A DNA stretch of 63,938 nt, the filler included, from an uncultured bacterium (GTDB taxonomy: Bacteria > Hinthialibacterota > Hinthialibacteria > Hinthialibacterales > Hinthialibacteraceae), in NCBI GenBank assembly GCA_964449065.1. It is 4 parts of 4 records of this genome, joined end to end, with 100 filler letters (N's around TTAATTAATTAA, not from the genome) between each part and the next. Parts side by side here need not be neighbours in the genome. Positions count along the whole stretch, not along the records: positions 1 to 16,120 come from CAYVAZ010000092.1; 3 more parts are not named here. One strand, given 5' to 3'. Shown here piece by piece: positions 1 to 9,268 of this stretch. A model generated the notes under the pieces. It was given only the letters and a program-made list of their open reading frames with translations. It ran no database searches and was not told the DNA's origin. A program made the position numbers and the translations under genes. The stretch's first letter is position 1; every line of letters starts with the position of its first letter.

Positions 1-663
1 AAGAAGAGGCGTATCCGTGACAGCCGGGTGGATGGCACCCGTTTTCTTGCCGAAACCATCAGCCAATTGCCCAATCCACCGAAGACATTCATTTGCGCTT
101 CCGCCGTTGGATTCTACGGTGACCGGGGAGATGAAGTTCTGGATGAAGACAGCTTCCCTGGAGAAGGATTTCTTCCCCAAGTGTGCCAGGAATGGGAGGC
201 CGCGGCGGCACCGGCACGGGATCAAGGTATTCGTACTGTTCATACCCGCTTTGGGGTGATCCTTACTGGCAAAGGCGGCGCTTTAAAACAAATGCTTTTT
301 CCGTTCAAAATGGGAATGGGAGGAAAATTGGGAAGCGGCAGGCAATATATGCCGTGGATATCACTAACCGATACGATCAACGCAATTCAATTTGCCCTTG
401 AGACCCAATCCATTAACGGCCCAGTCAACGTAACCGCCCCCTGTCCGGTAACCAACACGGAATTCACCAAAACACTCGGCACGGTTTTATCCCGCCCTAC
501 AATTTTACCGGCGCCGGCGTTCGCGTTAAAAATGGTGTTGGGAGAGATGGCAAATGATCTTTTGCTGGCCAGTACCCGGGCCGTGCCGAAAACACTACAG
601 GAAAATGGCTTTCAATTTCAACATGAAGAGTTGGAAAAAGCATTGCATGAATGTCTGAAGTAA
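1..663 (+). CDS. TIGR01777 family NAD-dependent epimerase/oxidoreductase (YfcH-like), 5' partial
   Basis: Frame is open from base 1 (KKRRIRDSRVDGT). Motifs ASAVGFYG, CQEWE, RFGVIL..GGAL, GSGRQYMPWI, GPVN.TAP and GFQF are typical of the family. Confidence 0.88.
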   Translation, partial: KKRRIRDSRVDGTRFLAETISQLPNPPKTFICASAVGFYGDRGDEVLDEDSFPGEGFLPQVCQEWEAAAAPARDQGIRTVHTRFGVILTGKGGALKQMLFPFKMGMGGKLGSGRQYMPWISLTDTINAIQFALETQSINGPVNVTAPCPVTNTEFTKTLGTVLSRPTILPAPAFALKMVLGEMANDLLLASTRAVPKTLQENGFQFQHEELEKALHECLK

Positions 664-675
664 CGGAAGGCTGTA

Positions 676-1608
676 TTAATGCTTCAACCAGGCGAGAAAC
701 TTCTTGGATAGGCTTTGATCTTTGGGAGTAGCCCCAGCCGTAACTTCTTGGCTTTTCACTTCCATTCCGGACCGTTCCATATAATGGATAATATCACCAA
801 TAAAGACGACCATGTCTTCGACCACTTCAATTTCGCTTTGAATGGTGGTGACATGATCTTCCAATTCTTCTATCATTTCACCAATGACTTTAGGATTGAC
901 GCGGTCTTTCACATTCGGGACATTCATGCCCCGTTTATCCATAGCTCGGATCACTTGAATAAGGGCGTTTAAACCGGCGCGATTTACTTTCCCCGCCCCG
1001 CTAAACCATTCTTCCAAAACGGTTTTTTCAACATATTTTTTGAATAACGTAGCCAGTTTAACTTCAATGACATATATATCTTTTTGAGCGTTTAGCATCG
1101 AACCCAGTGATTCCAAATACTTTTCGACCCTGGGCTGCACCTTTTCATAATCCACCACGTTGGCATCGATCAGCATGAATAAATCTTTGGAATGATTGTA
1201 GATTTGAACAGCGATTTCCGGTGCTTTTTCTTGCAATTTGCGAAGTTTTTCGTTCACATCAGTACGGGCGCTTAAATCAAAGCTTTCGGCCCGGTTGGTA
1301 AACAAAAAATAACTGATTCGTTTGCCCAACGTGATTGCGTTCATACAGTCTTTGTAACTTTCATCATCACTGGTGGTGAAATAGACCGGAACCAACTCTT
1401 CGATATCGACCAGTTTTTTGTTGATCTTCCCCGAAAACATCTTAGCTTTTGCGGAACGGCGGAAGACAATTTCGATATTGTCAAATAATTCCTTTCCACG
1501 CTTGCCCTGACTGAATACGGCATCGGCATCTTTGGATTTGTGATACTTTAAATACTGATCCAAGATGTCTTCTTTCACCTGTTCAGCCGCGTTAATATAG
1601 CCTTCCAT
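676..1608 (-). CDS. hypothetical alpha-helical protein (310 aa)
   Basis: Long ATG-started ORF with protein-like composition and no recognised motif. Confidence 0.7.
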   Translation of the reverse strand: MEGYINAAEQVKEDILDQYLKYHKSKDADAVFSQGKRGKELFDNIEIVFRRSAKAKMFSGKINKKLVDIEELVPVYFTTSDDESYKDCMNAITLGKRISYFLFTNRAESFDLSARTDVNEKLRKLQEKAPEIAVQIYNHSKDLFMLIDANVVDYEKVQPRVEKYLESLGSMLNAQKDIYVIEVKLATLFKKYVEKTVLEEWFSGAGKVNRAGLNALIQVIRAMDKRGMNVPNVKDRVNPKVIGEMIEELEDHVTTIQSEIEVVEDMVVFIGDIIHYMERSGMEVKSQEVTAGATPKDQSLSKKFLAWLKH

Positions 1609-1909
1609 GTGAGTAAAAGCCCCTCTTTGTTCTATATATGAACCGTTTAATTAGATCAAAATCAATACAATAGCCCAATGGTTTGAATCCAACCATTTCA
1701 ATTCAAAACATATAAATATGTAAATCATAGTATCGGTACACGAAAATGGAAGTTAAGAGTTATTACATCATATTATGCCTCTTTTTCTATGCATCCAACT
1801 GAATTAACTTGATTTCCCAAAATTCCTTGAACAGATTCCTTGAATTCATTCATATTATCTGAGAAGATACAGGTATATGATTTAACATGAACTGGAGGAA
1901 AGTTGAAGT

Positions 1910-2560
1910 ATGAAAAAAGCATTTACTTTAATAGAGTTATTGATCGTCGTAGCCATTATCGGTATCTTGGCGGCAATTGCTGTCCCCAATTTTCTCAATG
2001 CCCAGATGAAAGCCAAGATTGCGCGCGCGCAAGCGGATATGAAAACCTTATCAACCGGTATTGAACAACTCCGGTTAGACCGGGGGGTCATGCTGGTAGA
2101 TTTTTGGGATGATGACCGTGAAGTTGGCATTGACCGTATGCAGAATATTTTTAACGGCATCGGCGGGGCCGCTCAAAATGACCGTGGAGGCACCGCGGGG
2201 ATTTGGGCTCCACTCACTTCACCGGTCGCCTATTTGTCCTCGATTCCAATCGACCCGTTTTTTGGTCGGGAAGAAGACACATCCAGTAACTTGATCGCCC
2301 AGGATATTATCCCGCCGTTCGCGTATATGTACGCCGATGAAGATCCGGCCATCCCCGGAGGAGACGCCGGTTTGGCATTTTTCACACCCGGAAACGCGTT
2401 GGCGCAAGCCACCGGGACACAGCCGTTAAAGGAAGGGCAGTATGTTGCGGTTGGAGCGGGACCCGATGGGGGCCGCGGCGGTTACAATGGCGATATGGGG
2501 TTTCCTTACAGTTCGACCAATGGGGTGGTTAGCCGGGGAGATATAATTATTCGAAATTAA
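1910..2560 (+). CDS. prepilin-type N-terminal cleavage/methylation domain protein (type II secretion/type IV pseudopilin-like)
   Basis: MKKA|FTLIELLIVVAIIGILAAIAVPNF class III signal with Glu5; GGAGG RBS upstream. Confidence 0.9.
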   Translation: MKKAFTLIELLIVVAIIGILAAIAVPNFLNAQMKAKIARAQADMKTLSTGIEQLRLDRGVMLVDFWDDDREVGIDRMQNIFNGIGGAAQNDRGGTAGIWAPLTSPVAYLSSIPIDPFFGREEDTSSNLIAQDIIPPFAYMYADEDPAIPGGDAGLAFFTPGNALAQATGTQPLKEGQYVAVGAGPDGGRGGYNGDMGFPYSSTNGVVSRGDIIIRN

Positions 2561-2627
2561 ACGTCTTGACGATTCGTGTGGGACAATTATTCTTTTCCAA
2601 TATATTCACATCCAATATGTCAACAGT

Positions 2628-2701
2628 CGGGGTGTAGCGCAGCCTGGTAGCGCACACGCTTCGGGAGCGTGGGGTCGAAGGTTCGAATCCTTTCACCCCG
2701 A
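2628..2701 (+). tRNA. tRNA-Pro (anticodon CGG), CCA not encoded
   Basis: CGGGGTG/CACCCCG acceptor stem; D-arm GCGCAGCCTGGTAGCGC; anticodon stem CACGC/GCGTG with loop TTCGGGA; T-loop GGTTCGAATCC. Confidence 0.95.
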
Positions 2702-2879
2702 TTTTTTTTATTCCTATATGGCAGTGTTTTTAAGCTATTGTTTTTTGTGGTTTCGAAAAAAACAGCAGATTCCCCCTTCACCGAAAAGGGTATATCCACC
2801 GACAAAACGTTTTTCAGTTTGATCCACGTAATACCAACTCGTAGCATGTCAGCCGTTTAAATGAAACCATTTTTATTAC

Positions 2880-2929
2880 GGATTGTAAAGTAACCTCGGC
2901 GATAAGCCTCCGTGAAAGTAAAACTTAGC
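2880..2929. repeat. dispersed intergenic repeat (CGGCGATAAGCC family), copies at ~26853-26885 and ~26941-26989
   Basis: Shared GGATTGTA...CGGCGATAAGCC...ACTTAGC blocks visible by eye. Confidence 0.55.
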
Positions 2930-3146
2930 GGTTTCCGTTCTTACAAAGCCCAAATAGAACTGGTACCAATCCGGTTTTAGATGGCGATTGGAAGAGAATA
3001 GTCACCCCCTGTCTTGTTGCTAGGATTTACCTACAATTAATACCGGGCGTTGCCTTGGGTTATGTCAGAGTGTCCATTCGGGGCTCTTTCCTTATCCATA
3101 GCGGTGTTGCTAAAAATACGTTTGGATTGAAATGAACAGTACTTAT

Positions 3147-3314
3147 GGCTCGGCGGGAGCCTTGCCCTCCCAAAACCCTGCGGCTCGGCGGGAGCCTTGC
3201 CCTCCTAAAACCCTGTGGCTCGGCGGGAGCCTTGCCCTACTAAAACCCTGTGGCTCGGCGGGAGCCTTGCCCTCCTAAAACCCTGTGGCTCGGCAGGAGC
3301 CTCGCACTCCTAAA
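3147..3314. repeat. tandem array of five 35-bp REP-like units (GGCTCGGCGGGAGCCTTGCCCTCCTAAAACCCTGT)
   Basis: Units start at 3147, 3182, 3217, 3252 and 3287, with an internal GGCTC..GAGCC hairpin. The last copy is degenerate. Confidence 0.92.
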
Positions 3315-3385
3315 TACCGCCTTTCTAAAAGAAATTGTTTGGACAACTTTTATCAATTATATTCATATTGAGTTGTAGGGATTGA

Positions 3386-3412
3386 CGTACCGGCTGAAAG
3401 CCGGTGCTACCC
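3386..3412. repeat. REP-like palindrome family GTAGCACCGGCTTCCAGCCGGTGC; copies at 16091-16115, 22676-22700, 38110-38136, variant 63353-63373
   Basis: ACCGGCT..AGCCGGT hairpin with flanking GTAG/CTAC tetramer, recurring in intergenic regions. Confidence 0.75.
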
Positions 3413-3639
3413 ACAACGAACATATCCTTGGAAGTGCTTTACTGATTATTTTGGGTAAACCTTAGGTCTTGTAAGGGGAGGAGCGACTTCAAATGGCTGA
3501 ACAGTTATACCATTTCCAATTTGGATTGTACACTTAAATCAAAACGACTAAAATCAAAACGGCTTAACAGATTGCTTGGTTTGATTGCCAAGGAAAAAAC
3601 TTCTTTAAAACCGGTTGAATCATTCTGGTTTATGGTTCT

Positions 3640-3673
3640 CTTCGCACCCCCTCTGTCCTCCTTGCGTCGGACA
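3640..3673. repeat. 34-bp dispersed repeat, identical copy at 8068-8101
   Basis: CTTCGCACCCCCTCTGTCCTCCTTGCGTCGGACA at both sites. Confidence 0.85.
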
Positions 3674-3925
3674 TCTCCCCCAAAGCATTTGTGGGAGACA
3701 ATATCTTTGTGGGAGACAAAGGCTTTTGCAGGCAAGATGCCTGCATTATTATGAATACTATTTTCCGTTCCGTCATTCTTAGTGAACTTTTCTATTTGAA
3801 AATGGTATTACTTCATTTTACGCATAGTTTTTTTCAGTAAAAACCGATACCCGATTTGCTTAAATCCGTATAGGAAATAAAATTGTCGCTGTGAATTCAT
3901 TGATGATTTATGGAGGTAATGGAAC

Positions 3926-5815
3926 ATGGCCGATCCAGCCCATTCCGCGCAAACGCATTCGTTTCAAGCAGAAGTCAAGCAGATACTGGACATCGTAATT
4001 AATTCGCTTTACACCCACCGCGATATATTCGTACGCGAGTTGATTTCGAATGCTTCCGACGCGCTTGAAAAAGTGCGCCACGAGCAACTGCAAAACCCGG
4101 ATATCCATAGTCCGGATGCTGAGTTGAACATAAAAATCGAGGTCAGTGAAGAATCCAAAACCCTTACCATCACCGATACCGGCATCGGCATGACTGAATC
4201 TGAGGTGGTAGAAAACCTTGGCACCATCGCGCATTCCGGCACGCGCCAATTCCTACAGAAAGCGGCGGAAGCCCAAACCGCCGATGTCAATCTGATCGGG
4301 AAATTCGGTGTTGGTTTTTATTCCGCGTTTATGGTGGCCAAAGATGTCAAGGTGCAAACACAGTCTTACCGGAAAGAGGAACCGGGAGTGGAATGGCATT
4401 CGGAGGGCACGGGAGAGTACACCATTAAACCGGTGGGAGGCTTGACGCGCGGCACCAAAATCATTATCCAACTGCGCGATGACGCTCATGAATTTGCCAA
4501 TAAAGACCGCATCAAATCCATCATCAATGAATACTCGAATTTTGTTCCCTTCCCCATTTTGATTGACGGTGAAAAAGTCAACACCGTGCAAGCGGTATGG
4601 GCCAAGAACAAAAGCGACATCACCGAAGAAGAATATAGCGAGTTCTATAAATTCATCGGCAAGGCATTCGACGAGCCGATGTTCCGTATGCACTTCTCGG
4701 CTGATGTACCGCTGCAAATCAACGCGCTGCTTTATGTTCCCAGCGAAAACTTCGAGCGTATGGGGCTGGGGAAACTGGATCCCGGCGTCAATCTATATTG
4801 CCGCAAGGTACTCATTCAAGCGCAATGTGACGCCATTTTACCCGATTGGCTGCGCTTTATTAAAGGCGTTGTTGATAGCGAAGACCTGCCGTTGAACATT
4901 TCCCGCGAAACCTTTCAAGATGACGCATTGATTCGCAAACTTAAGAAAGTTGTCACGTCACGTTTCCTTAAATTCTTAAAAGAAAAAGCCGAAAAAGAAC
5001 CGGAAGGTTATCTCAAGTTTTGGAAGACATTTAACCACTTTATCAAAGAAGGAGTGGCTACCGATTTTGAATACCGTGAAGACTTGCAGCCCCTCCTGCG
5101 CTTTGAATCATCCAAAGAAGAAGCGGGCAAGTTGATTTCTCTCCATGATTATGTTTCGCGTATGAGGTTGGGGCAGGATAAAATCTTTTATCTAAACGGA
5201 CCATCGCACGCCATGCTGGAAACCAGCCCCTATATGGAAACGTTCAAGAAAAAAGGAATTGAAGTTCTCTACCTTACCGAATCCATCGATGATTTTGTCA
5301 TGTCATCCATTCAAGAATTCGACGGGAAGAAATTTGTTTCGATCGATCAAAGCGATATCGATATTTCGGAAGTCGGCGATCCAATTGAAGAGAAGAGCGA
5401 ACCGGAAGAGACTAAAGATGAACTGAATTGGGAAGAAAAACAGCAGTTTTCTTCTTGGCTGAAAGAACAGCTGGGTGACGAAGTGGATGCAGTGAGGACA
5501 TCCAACCGTTTGGTGGACAGCCCCGCGATGATCGTCAACAGCGGCCAGGGTATGACCATTGAAATGCAAAAGATGATGAAAACAATGAATCAGGATATGC
5601 CGGGGATGTTTAAACACGCGCTGGAGATCAATATGGAACACCCCATCATCAAAAAAATGTATGAATTGAAACAAGCCGATAGCGAAAACCCATTCTTGAA
5701 GAATGCGGTAGAACATCTATATGACACAGCCAAAGCGGCAGCTGGTTTGGTTGACGATCCGCGAACGATGGTCAACCGCAATTATGACATTTTGCAAAAG
5801 GCGCTAGAGAAGTAG
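3926..5815 (+). CDS. htpG: molecular chaperone HtpG (Hsp90)
   Basis: FQAEV, SLY...FVRELISNASDAL, DTGIGM, NLGTIAHSGT, LIGKFGVGFYSAFMVA, GVVDSEDLPLNISRE; GGAGG RBS. Confidence 0.98.
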   Translation: MADPAHSAQTHSFQAEVKQILDIVINSLYTHRDIFVRELISNASDALEKVRHEQLQNPDIHSPDAELNIKIEVSEESKTLTITDTGIGMTESEVVENLGTIAHSGTRQFLQKAAEAQTADVNLIGKFGVGFYSAFMVAKDVKVQTQSYRKEEPGVEWHSEGTGEYTIKPVGGLTRGTKIIIQLRDDAHEFANKDRIKSIINEYSNFVPFPILIDGEKVNTVQAVWAKNKSDITEEEYSEFYKFIGKAFDEPMFRMHFSADVPLQINALLYVPSENFERMGLGKLDPGVNLYCRKVLIQAQCDAILPDWLRFIKGVVDSEDLPLNISRETFQDDALIRKLKKVVTSRFLKFLKEKAEKEPEGYLKFWKTFNHFIKEGVATDFEYREDLQPLLRFESSKEEAGKLISLHDYVSRMRLGQDKIFYLNGPSHAMLETSPYMETFKKKGIEVLYLTESIDDFVMSSIQEFDGKKFVSIDQSDIDISEVGDPIEEKSEPEETKDELNWEEKQQFSSWLKEQLGDEVDAVRTSNRLVDSPAMIVNSGQGMTIEMQKMMKTMNQDMPGMFKHALEINMEHPIIKKMYELKQADSENPFLKNAVEHLYDTAKAAAGLVDDPRTMVNRNYDILQKALEK

Positions 5816-5817
5816 AT

Positions 5818-5882
5818 GGGAAAGCGAAGTTCCTGCCGAGCCGTAGGAGTGGTAATCCGGCTCACCAGGAGGTTCGCCCTCC
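5818..5882. repeat. inverted pair of degenerate REP units between convergent htpG and sulfatase (possible bidirectional terminator/mRNA stabiliser)
   Basis: GGGAAAGCGAAGTTCCTGCCGAGCCG...CGGCTCACCAGGAGGTTCGCCCTCC, related to the 3147 unit. Confidence 0.65.
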
Positions 5883-5929
5883 TACACGGGATTTGTTCTC
5901 CAATTCGCAAGGATTGGTCAGAAGAGAGT

Positions 5930-7495
5930 TTACCCTGCCAACCAATCTTCGTACTGCTGTTCAATCTGCTTTACTTTCTCCGGCATCTTCTTTGCGAGGT
6001 TATTCAGTTCAGTGGGGTCGTTTTCAAGATTGTAGAGTTCCCAATCGCCCGCATTCACTTTCACGATCTTCCAATCGCCCACTTTCGCCATACGGAAGCG
6101 GTCTGAGAATCCAGAAATGATGATCTCCGGTTCTTCCCGCTTTTCATGCTTAAACAGCTGCAGCAACGATTGTCCGTCCAACTCTGGCGTTTTCCCATCA
6201 TCAATCGATTGAGGATAATTTGCGCCGCTGAGTTCCAACATGGTCGGAAAGATATCCACCAAATGCGCTGGAGTATCGCAAAATCCCGGCTCAATCTGAT
6301 TCGGCCAGTGGGCGATAAAGTGGGTTTTGGCTCCCCCCTCATGGCCGTATTGTTTATAAAAGCGGTAGGGTGTGTCTCCCACATTCGCCCATGCCGCGCT
6401 GAGTGTACGGTAGGAAGCCGGGCCGCCTGGCGGGATGGAGAAATCTTTATTGCTGTCATAGGGGCAAGAGCCGTTATCGGAGAGATACATGATCAGCGTG
6501 TTGTCCAGTTCGCCCATTTCCTCGACCTTGCGGATGATTCGTCCGATGTTTTGATCCATGCTATCGATCATGGCGGCAAATACCGCCATTTCCAGATCAA
6601 GATCATCCTGCTCTTTTTCGGATAGCGAATCCCACGGGCGGTAGTTGTAGATGTTCTTGCGGTACGGCCCGCGGAACTTGTTGATGTTGTCTTCCGGCGG
6701 GCTGAGTTGGCAACCGGGCGGAATCACCCCCAACGCTTTTTGTTTCTCAAAACGTTCCTGCCGAATTGTATCCCAGCCTTTTTTGTATTGGCCGCGGTAT
6801 TTGGCGATATCCTCTTCCCGTGCCTGCAACGGGTAGTGCGCGGAGTGATAGGGCAAATAGAGGTAAAAGGGTTGCTGGTTGCGATGGGCTTGATCCATAT
6901 ATTGCAGCGCGTAATTGGTGACGACATCGGTTTTGTAGAACGGTTTCTTTTTCACAAGCATTTCTGAATGGTGGATTTTTTCTCCATTCAAATAGAACGG
7001 GCGGTCGAACGTGCCGTCGGGGGGGATGAAGTATTCGTTGATCACGGGGTAATAAAAGCGGTCGTCAAAGCATTGATCGGCATAGCAGCGCTTCGGCACC
7101 CAGCCATCGAAATGCTCTTTTCCGCTCATGGCGGTATAGTAGCCCGTATCCCGCATGAGCTGTGAATAGGATTGCGCATTTTCAGCATTCTTGCGCGGGA
7201 GATACAAACCGGTAAACAGAGAGGACCGGGTAGGGTTGCATTTGGCCATGTTATAGAAATTCGTAAAGCGCACCCCTTTGTTGGCGAGCCGGTCTATATT
7301 TGGCGTGTGGATTTCAGCGCCATAGCAGCCAATATCGGAAAATCCAATGTCATCGCCCATGATTAAGATGACATTGGGGCGCAGGTCTTTCTCTTGCGCG
7401 GAAGCGGGAGATTGAATACCAAAAGGACCCAGCACGGAAGCCGCCGCGCCCGTTGCGATGTGCTTTAATGCTTGTCTGCGATGGATTGAATTCAT
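5930..7495 (-). CDS. Tat-exported arylsulfatase (formylglycine-dependent, family S1)
   Basis: Start MNSIHRRQALK (twin Arg), PNVILIMGDDIG, CNPTRSSLFTG (CxPxR signature), YLSDNG, WELYNL..DPTE..NLA. The ORF-track start at 7666 is probably too far upstream. Confidence 0.93.
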   Translation of the reverse strand: MNSIHRRQALKHIATGAAASVLGPFGIQSPASAQEKDLRPNVILIMGDDIGFSDIGCYGAEIHTPNIDRLANKGVRFTNFYNMAKCNPTRSSLFTGLYLPRKNAENAQSYSQLMRDTGYYTAMSGKEHFDGWVPKRCYADQCFDDRFYYPVINEYFIPPDGTFDRPFYLNGEKIHHSEMLVKKKPFYKTDVVTNYALQYMDQAHRNQQPFYLYLPYHSAHYPLQAREEDIAKYRGQYKKGWDTIRQERFEKQKALGVIPPGCQLSPPEDNINKFRGPYRKNIYNYRPWDSLSEKEQDDLDLEMAVFAAMIDSMDQNIGRIIRKVEEMGELDNTLIMYLSDNGSCPYDSNKDFSIPPGGPASYRTLSAAWANVGDTPYRFYKQYGHEGGAKTHFIAHWPNQIEPGFCDTPAHLVDIFPTMLELSGANYPQSIDDGKTPELDGQSLLQLFKHEKREEPEIIISGFSDRFRMAKVGDWKIVKVNAGDWELYNLENDPTELNNLAKKMPEKVKQIEQQYEDWLAG

Positions 7496-8444
7496 TATAA
7501 ATGTCCTTTGTATAAATACCCTTTGTCTTTCGACATTTAGTAAGGATTCACTGTTGCGGACGACGATATCCCCTTTGCTGTTGAGTGCCCAGGGGCGGCG
7601 TTCCCTTTGGTCACTCTGCCACTGGCTATCATCTAGAACCCCGTTGGAGTAAGCGGCTAAAGTCAATGGCTATAGTCAATGGCACTGCCTCTGTGTCTCC
7701 CAAAACTTGGGGGAGACGATAGTGCGTTTTCAAGTTTGATTGCTTAAATCAATGACATTAAGATTATCATACCATAATTGATTCAATACGTCTGCTGGAA
7801 ACGAATACCATTTCAAATCAATATTGACTGGTCAGCGTGGTCTAAGCCAAGCATACGAAAGACATTACGTTTTCAACAAACAACCATCATAAATTCCCAT
7901 CGCTGATTTTAGCAAGATAATTCCATCCCGTTTGCAACAATCGCAATGTGCTAGAGCAATACAGGTTTGCGTAGATAGAAAGAGATCGTCTTTAATCTAC
8001 CCTACACCAATGTCATTGACTTAAAAATATTCCGGGGGATTTGTGTATTAAAATAAGTGATTGCGTTCTTCGCACCCCCTCTGTCCTCCTTGCGTCGGAC
8101 AACGACAGATTCTGTCTATCCAACTCTGAAATGTGCTAATGCGCGTTGTGCTACAACTTGGTTTACTTTTTGTAGGATCATTTCTGGATATTTTTCGCAA
8201 TCTAAAAACCATGAAATGATGTTTGGCAACTGTGTTTCATCCGTATCAAGGGGCTAATGGAGAGTAAAAAGTAAATAGATCATATCAATCCCCTCCGTTT
8301 CTCCGGATAGGTTATTTCATCCAGTTGGAGTAAATGGTTTATGACAATGAGACTATGCCGCACCCAGCCGCCCCTACGAAGTTGATTTGAATGTATTAAG
8401 GTATAAAAATACCCAATAGTTCTTGATTGGTTGAGGGATTTGCC

Positions 8445-9266
8445 ATGCATATCGTTCTGACGGGTGCCACCGGATTTGTGGGCCGGTATTTGGTGCCGCT
8501 CTTGTTGAAACGCGGGCATACCGTAACCGTTTTGGTTCGGAATGCCGAAAAACTCGCGCGCTTTGATTGGCATTCTCAAGTCCGTGTTCTTTCCTTTGAT
8601 CTGATGGATGAAAAGAGTTCCCTGCCCGATGCGTTTGATGGGCAGGATGTGTTGGTACATTTGGCGTGGGCCGGCCTGCCGAACTATCAATCCTTAATTC
8701 ACATTGAAGAAAACCTTCCGGCAAGTTACCGGTTTATTAAAGCGGCGGTATTGGCCGGAATCCAACAGGTTTTGGTGACGGGAACGTGTTTAGAGTATGG
8801 AATACAATCGGGCTGTCTATCCGCGGATGGTTTTACCAATCCATCTACGGCATATGCTGTGGGGAAAGATTCGCTGCGGAGATTTTTGGAGACGCTGCAA
8901 AAGGAAATTCCGTTTGCGCTGCAATGGGCGCGATTGTTTTATGTGTATGGAGAGGGGCAGCACCCCCATAGCTTGTTTTCGCAGTTAAACCAAGCAATTG
9001 AGCGGGGGGAGAAAACGTTTCGAATGTCCGGCGGGGAGCAGGTGCGGGATTTTTTGCCGATCGAGGATGCCGCGAAACAACTGGTGGACTTAATTGAAAT
9101 GCCGCGGGAAAACGGCTGCTTGAATATCTGCAGCGGCGAAGGGATTTCCGTACGGGAAATGGTAGAGCGTATTGTTGCAGAGCGCAGCGCGGAGATTGAA
9201 CTGGACTTGGGGTATTATCCCTATCCGGATTATGAGCCGATGATGTTTTGGGGGAAAAGAGATTGA
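8445..9266 (+). CDS. NAD-dependent epimerase/dehydratase (NDP-4-keto-6-deoxyhexose reductase-like, extended SDR)
   Basis: LTGATGFVG Rossmann motif, YAVGK (YxxxK), GEQVRDFL. Confidence 0.88.
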   Translation: MHIVLTGATGFVGRYLVPLLLKRGHTVTVLVRNAEKLARFDWHSQVRVLSFDLMDEKSSLPDAFDGQDVLVHLAWAGLPNYQSLIHIEENLPASYRFIKAAVLAGIQQVLVTGTCLEYGIQSGCLSADGFTNPSTAYAVGKDSLRRFLETLQKEIPFALQWARLFYVYGEGQHPHSLFSQLNQAIERGEKTFRMSGGEQVRDFLPIEDAAKQLVDLIEMPRENGCLNICSGEGISVREMVERIVAERSAEIELDLGYYPYPDYEPMMFWGKRD

Positions 9267-9268
9267 AC

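Noticed and set aside
3147..3314. Possible CRISPR array
   Set aside because: The inter-palindrome segments are about 10 bp and essentially identical, so there are no unique spacers. No cas genes are present and the unit is dispersed elsewhere as a REP.
2628..3900. tRNA-Pro as a prophage/island attachment site
   Set aside because: No integrase and no duplicated tRNA 3' end seen in the window.
3760..3925. CIRCE/HrcA operator upstream of htpG
   Set aside because: No TTAGCACTC-N9-GAGTGCTAA match found.
7500..7720. Riboswitch or extended N-terminus upstream of the sulfatase
   Set aside because: The sequence is a CCAGGGGC..GCCACTGG REP-like palindrome with no recognisable aptamer, and the Tat leader fixes the start at 7495.
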